Notes under the pieces: generated by a model
Told to the model about the DNA's origin: nothing
The model's database searches: none
What the model saw: only the letters and a program-made list of their open reading frames with translations
From: a virus
Lineage: Duplodnaviria; Heunggongvirae; Uroviricota; Caudoviricetes
Reading direction: 5' to 3' (one strand)
DNA length: 64,000 bases
IMG/VR virus record: IMGVR_UViG_3300042934_000212
Made by a program: the position numbers and the translations under genes
Shown: piece by piece, positions 50,280 to 60,142 of the stretch
Layout: the number at the start of each line of letters is the position of its first letter
Position numbering within the stretch: position 1 is the stretch's first letter

Positions 50280-50358
50280 TATACATCCTTGTCGTTATGT
50301 TCTTTTTCTTAAAATATTTTGGTTTTCTATTTATTAGGGTCGAAAAAAGGCGGGAGCC

Positions 50359-50937
50359 TTAAAGTGCATCCCACCCGCGAAGTATGAATTCGACTGTAAA
50401 GCTTTCAGTACTATCATTTGATAGTTGAATTGCCATACGATTCGTTCCTGTATCAAAAGCTGGATCGTTAAATTCGATAACCACTAAACCTTCTGATTGG
50501 TTTGTATTGTTTTGTTGAGCGATTAAAACCGTATCGCCCTGAACCACAAGTTGTACTGCACCAGATTCAAGCAAGGTGCTTCCAGACGCATTACTATAAG
50601 CTACATACTCAAGAAACACTCTAGAACTACTTTGAATGTTTACGGTTGCGGTGCCGCTAGCTGGTACTGTTATTTTATATGGTTTGTTTACTATGCTGTT
50701 GATTATATTCCAAGGGGTAAATTCTGTTAAGATTTCTACGTTCTCTTTACCAGAATTAGGTGCGTTCTCCCATGTTCTACCTGCAACAATTGATGATGGT
50801 TCAGAAGAACTTGGTAGACCGACAAATACACGGCCTACGTCAGTACTAAACCCTAATTGTCCTTTTTCAAGTGCAAGTGGTAAGTCACGCTGTTTACCCA
50901 TACGAATTTGCATCAATGCAATTTCTTTTTGAGCCAT
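50359..50937 (-). CDS. putative virion (tail-associated) protein
   Basis: QIRMG...LEKGQLGFSTDVGRVFVG motif of phage tail/fibre N-termini; TAAATA upstream. Confidence 0.55.
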   Translation of the reverse strand: MAQKEIALMQIRMGKQRDLPLALEKGQLGFSTDVGRVFVGLPSSSEPSSIVAGRTWENAPNSGKENVEILTEFTPWNIINSIVNKPYKITVPASGTATVNIQSSSRVFLEYVAYSNASGSTLLESGAVQLVVQGDTVLIAQQNNTNQSEGLVVIEFNDPAFDTGTNRMAIQLSNDSTESFTVEFILRGWDAL

Positions 50938-50965
50938 AACTAAAATCTCCTATTAAAGTATAGGA

Positions 50966-51520
50966 TTATTTAGTGCTTTCGTCTTTTGCTTTTACTTCAG
51001 CAATACGAATATCAATTAGCTCATTTACTTTTGTACTATCTACAGCAGTAAGAATCTGTGCAGGTACTGCACTCTTAAGGTGTTTCATGTATGGTGCAAA
51101 AGATTTGAATTCTTTTTCTTGAAGTGCTACGGCGATTGCGTCTACATCTTCTTGTGCACTTTCAGTACGAACAATCTCAACTTCATCTTCTGGAATAACT
51201 ACTGAACTTTGAATTTCTTCAATGTCTTTCTGTTGTTCTTCGGTGTTAGTTTTATAACTTTCGATTGTTTCATCTACTGAAGTAGTTGGCTCTACTACTG
51301 GTTCATCCTGAATCATAATATCAGCGATTTCTTCAGCGATTTGTTGTGCAGTTTTGCCGCCACGACCTTTATATTCTTTCACTGCTTGGATAAGTTTATT
51401 TGGTAGTGGTAGTTCATCAAGTTTAGAATCATCTAGCTTAATTAGCTCTTGAATATCATAACCCTTTGCTTGTACTGCTTTCATTGCGAATAAATCTTGT
51501 TTCATTGCTCTTGTTCCCAT
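50966..51520 (-). CDS. hypothetical acidic protein
   Basis: 184-aa ORF. Confidence 0.7.
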   Translation of the reverse strand: MGTRAMKQDLFAMKAVQAKGYDIQELIKLDDSKLDELPLPNKLIQAVKEYKGRGGKTAQQIAEEIADIMIQDEPVVEPTTSVDETIESYKTNTEEQQKDIEEIQSSVVIPEDEVEIVRTESAQEDVDAIAVALQEKEFKSFAPYMKHLKSAVPAQILTAVDSTKVNELIDIRIAEVKAKDESTK

Positions 51521-51523
51521 TTT

Positions 51524-52225
51524 TTACATTTCTCCACGTTGAGTGTAAAATTTCTCCACTCTTTCAATCCACATTCTTTTAGCTTCTTCAAAATCTTCAC
51601 CCTCAATAATAAATTCTTGATATTCAAGATTCTGAGGGTCTTTCCTGACACAAATAAAAATAACACCACGATTAATATCCGTACCGTGTTGTTGATTATG
51701 TGCTAGGGCATAAGCTGCTATTTGAAGGCGATAATTTTCAATGAATTCCCATGTTTTAGGTTTACGTGAATTCTTATAGTCCATTATAGAAGGGATACCA
51801 TTGTGCATTCCTACTAAGTCAGTAGTCCCAGCCCAAAGACCTTCGAAGAATAACGGTACTTCCTGACCCCATATTTCATCAATAGCAGGCCACGCGTTAC
51901 TTTGAATAACGTCAGCCATATTACGGGCAAGTACTCTAATTGGCATTCCACCATGATGATCAGGGTCACCGACTAATCGACGTTCCAGATTTTCATGCAT
52001 GAAAGTTCCGACTGTTGTTGCTTCTAATGTAATCTCTGCTGCTTTCGCTTCACCGATTGCTGCTCGCCATTTCCTCAATCCTTCATCATCAGAAGTGGCA
52101 CTTAGTATTGTAGTCACGGATGGTAGGTTTCCACTTGGGGTAGAATAAAGGCGACCTTCTGAGCCGCCTTCGATTCTTTCATAACCTACATACGTGTACT
52201 TATTAACGATAGGTGGAATGTACAT
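51524..52225 (-). CDS. PD-(D/E)XK exonuclease
   Basis: LPSVTTILS, GTFMH, AGTTDL...IMDYKNS, LQIAAYALA. Confidence 0.85.
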   Translation of the reverse strand: MYIPPIVNKYTYVGYERIEGGSEGRLYSTPSGNLPSVTTILSATSDDEGLRKWRAAIGEAKAAEITLEATTVGTFMHENLERRLVGDPDHHGGMPIRVLARNMADVIQSNAWPAIDEIWGQEVPLFFEGLWAGTTDLVGMHNGIPSIMDYKNSRKPKTWEFIENYRLQIAAYALAHNQQHGTDINRGVIFICVRKDPQNLEYQEFIIEGEDFEEAKRMWIERVEKFYTQRGEM

Positions 52226-52238
52226 CCTGTACTCCTAT

Positions 52239-52267
52239 ATTATAGCACATGTTTTTTGTTTGTTTCA
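52239..52267 (-). promoter_or_regulatory. phage-specific promoter TGAAAC-N17-TATAAT
   Basis: Repeated motif upstream of the exonuclease. Confidence 0.75.
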
Positions 52268-52268
52268 G

Positions 52269-52604
52269 TTATCTTTGTTTTAAATTGCTTGATGCTGCTT
52301 TTGTTGCCATATCACTTACCTGTTCTTCGGAAGTCTCTGCACTTGCTCCACCATCAGGGGATGTGTCAGTACCTTGCAAAGTAACAATGTCAGAATTTGC
52401 ATCCTGAACGAATGGTAATGTGTTTAAAATGTCCATTATTACATTGTATGGAACATCAATATTGGTACGCTTTTTAATTTCGTTAACCAATGATTGAACA
52501 CTAACTTGCTCACGACCAGTAGCGATGAGAGATAGTGCAATAGTACTAATCATGTTCCGTATGTCTTTACCTGGGGCATCTTCGGTTATTTGGTTAAACC
52601 TCAT
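52269..52604 (-). CDS. hypothetical late/head protein
   Basis: MRFNQITED start; GGAGG SD. Confidence 0.65.
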   Translation of the reverse strand: MRFNQITEDAPGKDIRNMISTIALSLIATGREQVSVQSLVNEIKKRTNIDVPYNVIMDILNTLPFVQDANSDIVTLQGTDTSPDGGASAETSEEQVSDMATKAASSNLKQR

Positions 52605-52615
52605 GTTACCTCCAA

Positions 52616-53263
52616 TTATTTTAGAATCTTAAGAACCTTAGCGATCTTATTCTGATTTTCAGCTAACCACTGATTCATTTCTGATTTAGAGTTGAAGTAC
52701 TTATTACCTACTGAACCTTTAGTGCTCTCTAGTTGAATACCAAAACGTTTAGGGGTAGCAGATTCTTTCATCTCACGATCAATTGGAGTTGGCTCTGGTA
52801 GTCCTTCAGCGTCATCAAGATCTGCATCAGATTCAAAATCAAAATCATCACCACCAATATCTAGGTTTACATCATCAAATGAACCTTCATCAGAAGAACC
52901 TAAATCCGCAACTTCAGGTGCAGCCGTAATGTCACCAGTTAGTTTTAGAGTTTCGGTACTGATTTTGTCTTTAACATCCATAATAGTTTTAACAGCATGG
53001 TCTAATAGACCGCTGATGTTATTACGGAAACTTTCTGCTGATTCCAAACCGTGTTCAGCTTTAATACGATCCAATAGTGGACCTAGTACGTCAACACCCA
53101 TGTTATTAATAACTTCAGCTTGACGTTGTAGTTTATCTACGATTTCACCCTTAACTGCTAGTACGATTTCAGCTTTTTCGATGTTTGATTCATTAAGATG
53201 AACCAAGTTTAGAGCTTCAACACGACTACCGGATTCCATCATTTTTTGAAATTTCTTTGACAT
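52616..53263 (-). CDS. hypothetical late/head protein
   Basis: Acidic linker; MMES, LNES and MKES motifs. Confidence 0.65.
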   Translation of the reverse strand: MSKKFQKMMESGSRVEALNLVHLNESNIEKAEIVLAVKGEIVDKLQRQAEVINNMGVDVLGPLLDRIKAEHGLESAESFRNNISGLLDHAVKTIMDVKDKISTETLKLTGDITAAPEVADLGSSDEGSFDDVNLDIGGDDFDFESDADLDDAEGLPEPTPIDREMKESATPKRFGIQLESTKGSVGNKYFNSKSEMNQWLAENQNKIAKVLKILK

Positions 53264-53295
53264 TTACTATTTCCTTATAAATGAAATTTATATCC

Positions 53296-54111
53296 TTATT
53301 TAGTTATGAAACCTTCTTCTTTTAAGAAGTTCATTACTTTTGTACGTAAGTCGCTTGCTTTCTTTTTATGTTCAGCAATAACTACATCCAATTCTTGTGC
53401 CTTATCGTACCTAGATTCTTTAAGTACATTCTGGCGTTGCTTCGCAGCATTTATTGCTTCTTGCACAACTTTGGTATATTGAATACCAGAACTGATAATA
53501 CCTAGTACTTTAGTATCAGTTAAAGTCTTTCCAGCGTTTAAAAGATTACGCAATGCGATTGCAGATTCATACATCATAATATTATCAAGAACAACCTGAT
53601 TGGTTGCATTACACTTGATACTGTACATTTTTGCATTCTTCATACCCATTACATTTTCTTCCATAATTGACCAATGCAAGCCTGGTTGATATGGACGATT
53701 TTGTTGTACGGGTGCCGATGATTGCTGTGTACGTTCTGGCTGTACCTGACGCATTCTTACTTGGATAGGGTCTTCAATAAAAGACTCGCCATCTTCTGGT
53801 ATATAATTACCATATACACTATCAAGGTCATTGGAATATTCATCCATAAAACCACCCTGATCATAAAACTGTGCATCTTCCTGATGAAGATTACCGTATT
53901 CGCCTGTTACTTCCTGTAATGAATGTAATAGGTTTTTTGTTTCAGCAAGGTTGACTCGTGCAAAATCATTTTCGAAAGTACTTCCGTCAGCTAATCTTGT
54001 ATTTTTAGTGACAGCTCGACCTTCTTCAATGTCATCAAACGCAGACATAATATCAGACATTAAGTTGATACCGTCCTGTCTGTGTTGGAATTCTCCAAAA
54101 TCTTCACTCAT
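53296..54111 (-). CDS. hypothetical late/head protein
   Basis: 271-aa ORF in a late-type operon. Confidence 0.65.
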   Translation of the reverse strand: MSEDFGEFQHRQDGINLMSDIMSAFDDIEEGRAVTKNTRLADGSTFENDFARVNLAETKNLLHSLQEVTGEYGNLHQEDAQFYDQGGFMDEYSNDLDSVYGNYIPEDGESFIEDPIQVRMRQVQPERTQQSSAPVQQNRPYQPGLHWSIMEENVMGMKNAKMYSIKCNATNQVVLDNIMMYESAIALRNLLNAGKTLTDTKVLGIISSGIQYTKVVQEAINAAKQRQNVLKESRYDKAQELDVVIAEHKKKASDLRTKVMNFLKEEGFITK

Positions 54112-54326
54112 TGCTTACTCCTTTTAATTGATACGTAATATTCTGTGTCACCATCTTCATCTATATTTAATACTCCACGAGATACGAGTTTTGAACCCAA
54201 CTCCTGATAGTACTCACCTAGTGATTCTACTGGTACGCGAATATTAGCATCAACCTTTTTAATCAAACGATATTCTTCATTAGATACAATAATAGAGTAA
54301 CCATTCTTTGTATCTACTGATCTCAT
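54108..54326 (-). CDS. hypothetical protein
   Basis: ORF coupled on both sides. Confidence 0.6.
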   Translation of the reverse strand: MRSVDTKNGYSIIVSNEEYRLIKKVDANIRVPVESLGEYYQELGSKLVSRGVLNIDEDGDTEYYVSIKRSKQ

Positions 54327-55246
54327 TACTTACCTCTCATTCTCGAACAGAAGTCAATAATCTGTGAAAGTACTTCATCAGCGTTATCCATTGCATGATT
54401 ACCTTCAACTGATTCTTCACCGGAAGTGTTTTCGTCTGAACCTTCAATATCACCAATAGCTTGTGCTAAATCACCTAAGCCCGGATTGTGGTTGGTCAAC
54501 GGTGAGCTTGAATTCTCAAGATGATCAACATCAGGTGGTGCCATAGTATCTTCTGAATCGTTTTCTTCGTATTCAGCTTCTTGTACTGGTTCAACATCAT
54601 CAAGACCAAATACACTTAATTGGTTTGCTTTTGATGGATCTTTGGTAACTACTAATGTTTGGTCAGTTGTTGGACCAACATCAACGCCTACTACTGGCTC
54701 AAGTTCAGTACTACCTGAAGATTGACCAGGAACGGTAACTTTAAAGTTCTGGTTATTTGCGTTTTGTTGTAGTTGTGCCTGTTTCAACTTAGCAGCAGTT
54801 TGTGGATTAATCTGCGTCTGTTGAGTAGAGGTATTTTGCTTATTAATCTGGTTCGCACTTAGAGTACTTGCTAAATCTTCATTCAATTCATCAAATACAA
54901 GTGTCTTGATTTCAGCTAGAGTTAAGTGTGAATTCTCACGTAACGCAAATGCACAATGTCGTTTGTAGAAACCAACAAGTTCATTGACAGTTAGTTTATT
55001 CAAAGAACTTACTTCTGCTGATTCATTAATTTTGGTTGATGTGAAAAGTTTATGACTTTCACTCATTCTTGCCTTGTACCGTTGCAGTACTTGCATGATA
55101 GCACGGTTATCCGAGTTATCCATTGCCTGATTGATTTCCACGAAATCACCAGCGTCCATTGCACTTAGTGCTTGGCTCACATCCATTTGCAAACCGTTTG
55201 CATCAGCGAACTTTTGTAGTTCTTGTGCAGTTTGTTGTATATCCAT
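54326..55246 (-). CDS. hypothetical late/head protein (Q/N-rich)
   Basis: 306-aa ORF with MSES, INES and LNED motifs; GGAG SD. Confidence 0.65.
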   Translation of the reverse strand: MDIQQTAQELQKFADANGLQMDVSQALSAMDAGDFVEINQAMDNSDNRAIMQVLQRYKARMSESHKLFTSTKINESAEVSSLNKLTVNELVGFYKRHCAFALRENSHLTLAEIKTLVFDELNEDLASTLSANQINKQNTSTQQTQINPQTAAKLKQAQLQQNANNQNFKVTVPGQSSGSTELEPVVGVDVGPTTDQTLVVTKDPSKANQLSVFGLDDVEPVQEAEYEENDSEDTMAPPDVDHLENSSSPLTNHNPGLGDLAQAIGDIEGSDENTSGEESVEGNHAMDNADEVLSQIIDFCSRMRGK

Positions 55247-55265
55247 ATATTATCTCCAAAAAGAA

Positions 55266-55313
55266 AAACCTTTTCTGTACATGATGATATTTATCATGTA
55301 CGGGAAAAGGTTT
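55266..55313 (-). promoter_or_regulatory. long inverted repeat with TAAATA late motif in the loop
   Basis: ~20-bp arms 55266-55285/55293-55313; TAAATA at 55288-55293. Confidence 0.6.
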
Positions 55314-55692
55314 GCTTTGTGATACTGATATTTCGTTCAGAAGTCGTGTTATTAAATTTAGTTAAGCGTGTTCCATTTACATCAGTTGGTAAAACCAACG
55401 GAACTCCCATTACCTTAATGTCTACGTTCATTGGTAGAGCGAATTTAAAAGTACTTACAGTACATTCGCCCCACGAAGAAGGTAAATTATAGAATGATGA
55501 ATTGTTGTTTTTGCTTAAGTCAACTTCAGTCTTTGCAACGCTCACCATCATAGGACGATCAAATTCCATAACACATTCAATCAATCTCGATAAGTTCATT
55601 GCACCAGTAAATGTTCCATCCACGATAGGAGGTGTAAGACCATCACCAATATCAATTACCGTATTGATTGTATAAAATGTATAAGAAATCAT
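55294..55692 (-). CDS. hypothetical protein
   Basis: 132-aa ORF. Confidence 0.6.
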   Translation of the reverse strand: MISYTFYTINTVIDIGDGLTPPIVDGTFTGAMNLSRLIECVMEFDRPMMVSVAKTEVDLSKNNNSSFYNLPSSWGECTVSTFKFALPMNVDIKVMGVPLVLPTDVNGTRLTKFNNTTSERNISITKQTFSRT

Positions 55693-55693
55693 G

Positions 55694-55858
55694 TTAGTCC
55701 TTTTTCTTTTTATCTTGCTTGTATTCTTTGTATCCGAAGAAGTTAGATTTAGGCAAACGGGTTACCAATGGAAAATGAAATCCACCGGATACTGATGCAA
55801 TCCCACCAGCACTTGTTGCACCTGAAGATGCATTCTCGTTAATCTTTTTATTTTTCAT
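55694..55858 (-). CDS. small protein (INENASSGATSAGGIASV motif)
   Basis: ATG at 55858; motif typical of small jumbo-phage head proteins. Confidence 0.55.
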   Translation of the reverse strand: MKNKKINENASSGATSAGGIASVSGGFHFPLVTRLPKSNFFGYKEYKQDKKKKD

Positions 55859-55859
55859 A

Positions 55860-56129
55860 TTAATTACCTTTGTTCTTTCGCTTTTCACTAAGAGCAATAT
55901 TCTCTAAGCCCTTTTCGAATTTACGATAATCACGGTTCTTAATACTCAGATAAAGCCGACGAGTTAAATCCTCGGCTTCTTCTTCATCAAATTCTTCTTC
56001 GATACTATCAAGTAGATTGATAATCGAATTTATAGCATGATCTGCACGATTACCTAAACTCTGTAATTTATCCTTATCAGAAGTATAGTTCATTATACTA
56101 TCTAAGAGATTGTGCTTGTTAGTTGACAT
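55860..56129 (-). CDS. hypothetical protein
   Basis: 89-aa helical ORF after the helicase. Confidence 0.65.
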   Translation of the reverse strand: MSTNKHNLLDSIMNYTSDKDKLQSLGNRADHAINSIINLLDSIEEEFDEEEAEDLTRRLYLSIKNRDYRKFEKGLENIALSEKRKNKGN

Positions 56130-56131
56130 AA

Positions 56132-57646
56132 TTACATCCTACCATTCAAAAAGTTTCGCATATGAGAAACTTTGTCTTGAGCCTTTGGTGTATTTATGTC
56201 TGAAGAATCTGTACTGTTCATATTTTGAGTAGTTGCAAGTTCTGGTTCTGGTGTTTTAGGTTTTGGTGTAACACTGGTTAGTTTGTTTTGCAACGCACTT
56301 AGACCTGATGAACCTGGTAATGTTGGTGTAGCCATTACTCCACCTTTACCTACTCTGGATTTACCACTATGACGGAATGAAGTGTTAATTTCCATTTCCT
56401 GTACTGTTTGTGGGTGATCTAGAACACGCAATGAATCAATATCGTAAGACATGATTAGTTTGGAACCTACTGCGGAACTGTTACGAGTTTTCTGGAAGTC
56501 AAAGACCATTTCACCACGTTCTTTACGTGCATCAATGTAGATTACGTTATCTGCGGTATAGATTTTAGAAATACCACCTGCAATCTGTGCCTGACTCTTA
56601 GTATCTTCACCACTAACACCACTACGGTTGAACTGACAAGCTGTGAATACGGTTAAATCCATTTTCATCGCAAGTGCACGTAGTTCTTCTGATACGAACT
56701 TATCTTTTACGAATGCGTTTGATTTATCATTCGGTCCACAACGATCAGAAGTTAATAGATCAAGGTAGTCCACACAAACATAATCAAGTTTAACGCCAGT
56801 TTTAATCTGTAATTCACGAATATAACTTTCAATGTCGTTTACAGTACTGACAGATTCAGGTAAACGGTGAATACGTAATTTACCGTTACTCTTTTCTTCA
56901 ATTTTTACCTTAGCAGCAGTTTCGCTAATATCAACCTTAACGCGACCCTGAGCAGTATCAACCATCATACCATAGATACGTACTGCTACTAGTTCTTTAG
57001 CAAGTTCTAGTGAGATATACGCACCATTTAGACCAGCTTTACTGAAGTTTACTGCTAAGTTTTGTAGTACTACTGATTTACCACCACCTGAAGCAGCAGC
57101 AAATATTTCTAGTTCCTGACGACCGAAGCCACCGAATAATTTAAAGTCTAGTGTTTCCCAGCCAGATTTAAAACTACCTTGCATATCAGCTAGTGAGCTA
57201 ATTACATCTTCAGGATTCTCATAAATGTCCAAACCCAAATCATTTTGAACAGTTACAAGCATAGCTTCACGAATTAGTTCTTCGATTCCACCGTAACGCT
57301 TTTGATTAACAAGTTCCATTCCTTGCTGAATTGCTAGAGCAAGTGCTTTATGACGACAGAATTCACCAACGCTATCTAGAACCGCTTGTTGATTAAGTTC
57401 TTGTACTGGCGTTTCAGAATAAACACCATCTGCGTTATGTTTAATGTCATTTAGCGTAGGAGCAACATTGTACTTACTTGAATAATCGTGTACATATTGA
57501 ATACTTGGTGCGAATTCCTTATCGAAGTATTCAGGCTTTAGGACATTCTTACACCGAACATATAAGTCGGGTGTACTAAAAATCTGCGAGAGAAGATATA
57601 GTTGATATTGAATGTCGTATTTTCTTACGTCCGTGTTAGCTGCCAT
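56132..57646 (-). CDS. replicative DnaB-like helicase (T4 gp41-like)
   Basis: AASGGGKS, YISLEL, VDYLDL, SEELRALA, TACQFNRSG, KTRNS. Confidence 0.9.
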   Translation of the reverse strand: MAANTDVRKYDIQYQLYLLSQIFSTPDLYVRCKNVLKPEYFDKEFAPSIQYVHDYSSKYNVAPTLNDIKHNADGVYSETPVQELNQQAVLDSVGEFCRHKALALAIQQGMELVNQKRYGGIEELIREAMLVTVQNDLGLDIYENPEDVISSLADMQGSFKSGWETLDFKLFGGFGRQELEIFAAASGGGKSVVLQNLAVNFSKAGLNGAYISLELAKELVAVRIYGMMVDTAQGRVKVDISETAAKVKIEEKSNGKLRIHRLPESVSTVNDIESYIRELQIKTGVKLDYVCVDYLDLLTSDRCGPNDKSNAFVKDKFVSEELRALAMKMDLTVFTACQFNRSGVSGEDTKSQAQIAGGISKIYTADNVIYIDARKERGEMVFDFQKTRNSSAVGSKLIMSYDIDSLRVLDHPQTVQEMEINTSFRHSGKSRVGKGGVMATPTLPGSSGLSALQNKLTSVTPKPKTPEPELATTQNMNSTDSSDINTPKAQDKVSHMRNFLNGRM

Positions 57647-57653
57647 TAAAACC

Positions 57654-58700
57654 TCAAATCCATTTGTCTGTTTGTACTCTTATGTCGAATCTATCAGTGT
57701 ATATACTTTTATGCAGTAGCTGTAAACAGAACAACCTACCGTACTTAGCACATGCTTCATCAAAATCCTTTATGTGACGAATTCCATTATCATCACGTAC
57801 TGTTCCGAAATCAGGCATTGCTACACTGAATCCGTTATCTATAGCTTGTTCGATAGTGACTAAACCATCCTTATCACGATCAGGAACAATAACTATATTT
57901 TTACCACGTTCAGAAGCCTTGTGTAACAACTCAAGTTGTGACGAACTCATGAAGTAGTTATTTGACGCCATGCCACCCATTAGAGCAGCATCTATTGGCC
58001 CTTCACCGACGAGAATAGTTTGTATTCTGTCGTCATTCAACAAATCAAAGTTATAAAAAATGCCCGTACTAACTTGATTGCGATAACGGAACTGACTATC
58101 TTTATCAATATGACGAGCGGTATAACCTATAATGTTACCGTTCATATAATATGGAACTATGAAACGTTGGTACATATAAAATTCTTTAGACGGACTCCAA
58201 TATAAATCTAAGTCCAACAAATAAGGATTGCGGTCATTTACTGCATTAATAACCTTGATAAAGTCTGGTGGTATGTTATCCATATTCACCCACTCTAAAA
58301 ATGGTTTTGCATCTGATGGCAATTCTCTTTGTACTATCTTTTGGTATAATTTAGAAGCCGATACGTCCTGTACTTCATATTCACCACTTTCAACCATTTC
58401 TTTAGCAATCAGCTTAATTGCAGCTAATTCTTTATCTGATGCACCATACGAATTAAGCAACGTTTCCATATCGCGACTTAAGTATCGGCCAGGTGACCAT
58501 CCGGTTTTAAGGTGACAGTTGAAGCAGTTATAGGTAATGGAACCATCATTTCGAAACATATGGTTTCCACGACCTTTTGTATCGGGTCTTGATTGCCCTC
58601 TGAATATACAGGCAGGGCAATTGTGTTGATTCCAGCGTTCCATGATTGGTGCCGGATCATTCATAATTGATGATATAATACCTTGTATCTGATTCATCAT
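57654..58700 (-). CDS. DNA primase (Zn-binding plus TOPRIM; gp61-like)
   Basis: CPAC...YNCFNC, IIGYTAR, VGEGPIDA, VPDRDKDG, KDFDE. Confidence 0.85.
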   Translation of the reverse strand: MMNQIQGIISSIMNDPAPIMERWNQHNCPACIFRGQSRPDTKGRGNHMFRNDGSITYNCFNCHLKTGWSPGRYLSRDMETLLNSYGASDKELAAIKLIAKEMVESGEYEVQDVSASKLYQKIVQRELPSDAKPFLEWVNMDNIPPDFIKVINAVNDRNPYLLDLDLYWSPSKEFYMYQRFIVPYYMNGNIIGYTARHIDKDSQFRYRNQVSTGIFYNFDLLNDDRIQTILVGEGPIDAALMGGMASNNYFMSSSQLELLHKASERGKNIVIVPDRDKDGLVTIEQAIDNGFSVAMPDFGTVRDDNGIRHIKDFDEACAKYGRLFCLQLLHKSIYTDRFDIRVQTDKWI

Positions 58701-58732
58701 TCATATCCTATGTCTGTGTCAGTACTACGAAT

Positions 58733-58761
58733 ATTATACCACAATTATTTTAAGTATTTCA
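58733..58761 (-). promoter_or_regulatory. phage-specific promoter TGAAAT-N17-TATAAT
   Basis: Repeated motif upstream of primase-helicase. Confidence 0.72.
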
Positions 58762-58762
58762 T

Positions 58763-59734
58763 TTATCTACGGATCAAAATCTTAGGAACCGTATTCAATG
58801 GGTTATAGTCTTTCTTGACTATATTAGGTGGGAAATTTTGAACAATCGGTGGAATTAGAGCAACAACTCTCACCCACATTAATTGTCCACGGAAATTGAA
58901 AGCCCTTATACCATCAATAGGAATAGGAATCCCATTAGGGTCGAAGTTATTTTCGATATAGTCTTTGCCATCTAATTTAAGAATGAACCACTTATAATCT
59001 TCAGCATCTTTAGGAGTTTCATTTAATAAACAACCCTGTAATTGAATGCGTCCAATGAAATTATGGAAATAATAAGCAACAGTACTTAAACCGTCAACTA
59101 ATCCATATTGTGCATCTGCTCTTATAGGAGAACTGTGCATTACATCAAAATCACCAACAACACCATTTGAAATAGGCTTTTGTTCTTTATCTTTGATAGG
59201 CAACCATGATGGATTTTTATCTGCACTGATTTCCTGACTTGGTGTGAATGTTGGTGAAGCCAGATTACTAATAATTAGTTCCGAACTTGCCTCATATCCT
59301 AAACCAGTATATAAGTACTCGGTAGGTTCAAATAGACTTCCATCCATTGTAACCTTAGTAATACTCCAACGGTACTTAGATCCTACGCTCAAGTCTTGAA
59401 TTACACCAGCAGGTACAATACAACCGTAGTAAACTTTCTGTTTGTTATTAATTGTTGGTCGTGCTTGACCAGCTTCTGAAACCCATGATGGTTTAATCTT
59501 ATCGAGTACTGTTTCAAAGATACGAGTATCGTTACGAGCATCATAGATACTGAAGACAAGGTATTGATTATCATTAATCAATGTGTATTTCCCATCAGCA
59601 TTATGTATTGTAAAGCTGACTGGATTGTTTGCACCTCTATAAATCGTAAGCTTCTCGTTGTTAAAAGGCATATTAAAATTGCCTAAAGAAACTTCATTAT
59701 TATAAGGATACATGTAAACGCCGTGATGTGCCAT
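58763..59734 (-). CDS. putative virion structural protein
   Basis: Beta-rich 323 aa; TAAATA motif upstream. Confidence 0.55.
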   Translation of the reverse strand: MAHHGVYMYPYNNEVSLGNFNMPFNNEKLTIYRGANNPVSFTIHNADGKYTLINDNQYLVFSIYDARNDTRIFETVLDKIKPSWVSEAGQARPTINNKQKVYYGCIVPAGVIQDLSVGSKYRWSITKVTMDGSLFEPTEYLYTGLGYEASSELIISNLASPTFTPSQEISADKNPSWLPIKDKEQKPISNGVVGDFDVMHSSPIRADAQYGLVDGLSTVAYYFHNFIGRIQLQGCLLNETPKDAEDYKWFILKLDGKDYIENNFDPNGIPIPIDGIRAFNFRGQLMWVRVVALIPPIVQNFPPNIVKKDYNPLNTVPKILIRR

Positions 59735-59744
59735 GTTTAACCTC

Positions 59745-59778
59745 TATAAATAATATATATTATCAATAACAATATTTA
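59745..59778. promoter_or_regulatory. divergent T4-like late promoter motifs
   Basis: TATAAATA on + at 59745-59752 and TAAATA on - at 59773-59778, between divergent genes. Confidence 0.55.
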
Positions 59779-59788
59779 TGGAAGTCCT

Positions 59789-60142
59789 ATGAATGAACAC
59801 AAAACTTATCCGTTCGTGACGGTCATAGAGCACGACGAGGTAATCTATTATGGGATCATCAAAATTAAGAGTAAACAATACATGACTTTGTACTGTTTCT
59901 CTGAAATGGATGAAGCTCATCAGGAAGAACTCTTGCTATTAGCGAATAACTGGTGGTGGCAAAGTAATAGAACTATTCCGATTTGCTTGTTTATGCAAGA
60001 AGAAATGGAAAAATTTGAACCCTTTACCAAACGATTTAATACTGACCAAGTGAAGGTTCACTCAGGTCCAGTAATCTCGCTAAGTGATCTACCAACCAAA
60101 CGAATCAAACGCCGCAATGTTGCACTCAAGAAGAAGAAATAA
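59789..60142 (+). CDS. hypothetical jumbo-phage protein
   Basis: YPFVTVI...WWWQSNRTIPI motif; plus-strand gene. Confidence 0.7.
   Translation: MNEHKTYPFVTVIEHDEVIYYGIIKIKSKQYMTLYCFSEMDEAHQEELLLLANNWWWQSNRTIPICLFMQEEMEKFEPFTKRFNTDQVKVHSGPVISLSDLPTKRIKRRNVALKKKK

Noticed and set aside
50328-50333. TAAATA upstream of nrdA as a late promoter
   Set aside because: The hexamer is common in AT-rich DNA and nrdA is not a typical late gene, so it was not called
51524-52225. Cas4 / CRISPR association of the PD-(D/E)XK nuclease
   Set aside because: No Fe-S cysteine cluster, and no repeat-spacer array was seen anywhere in the window
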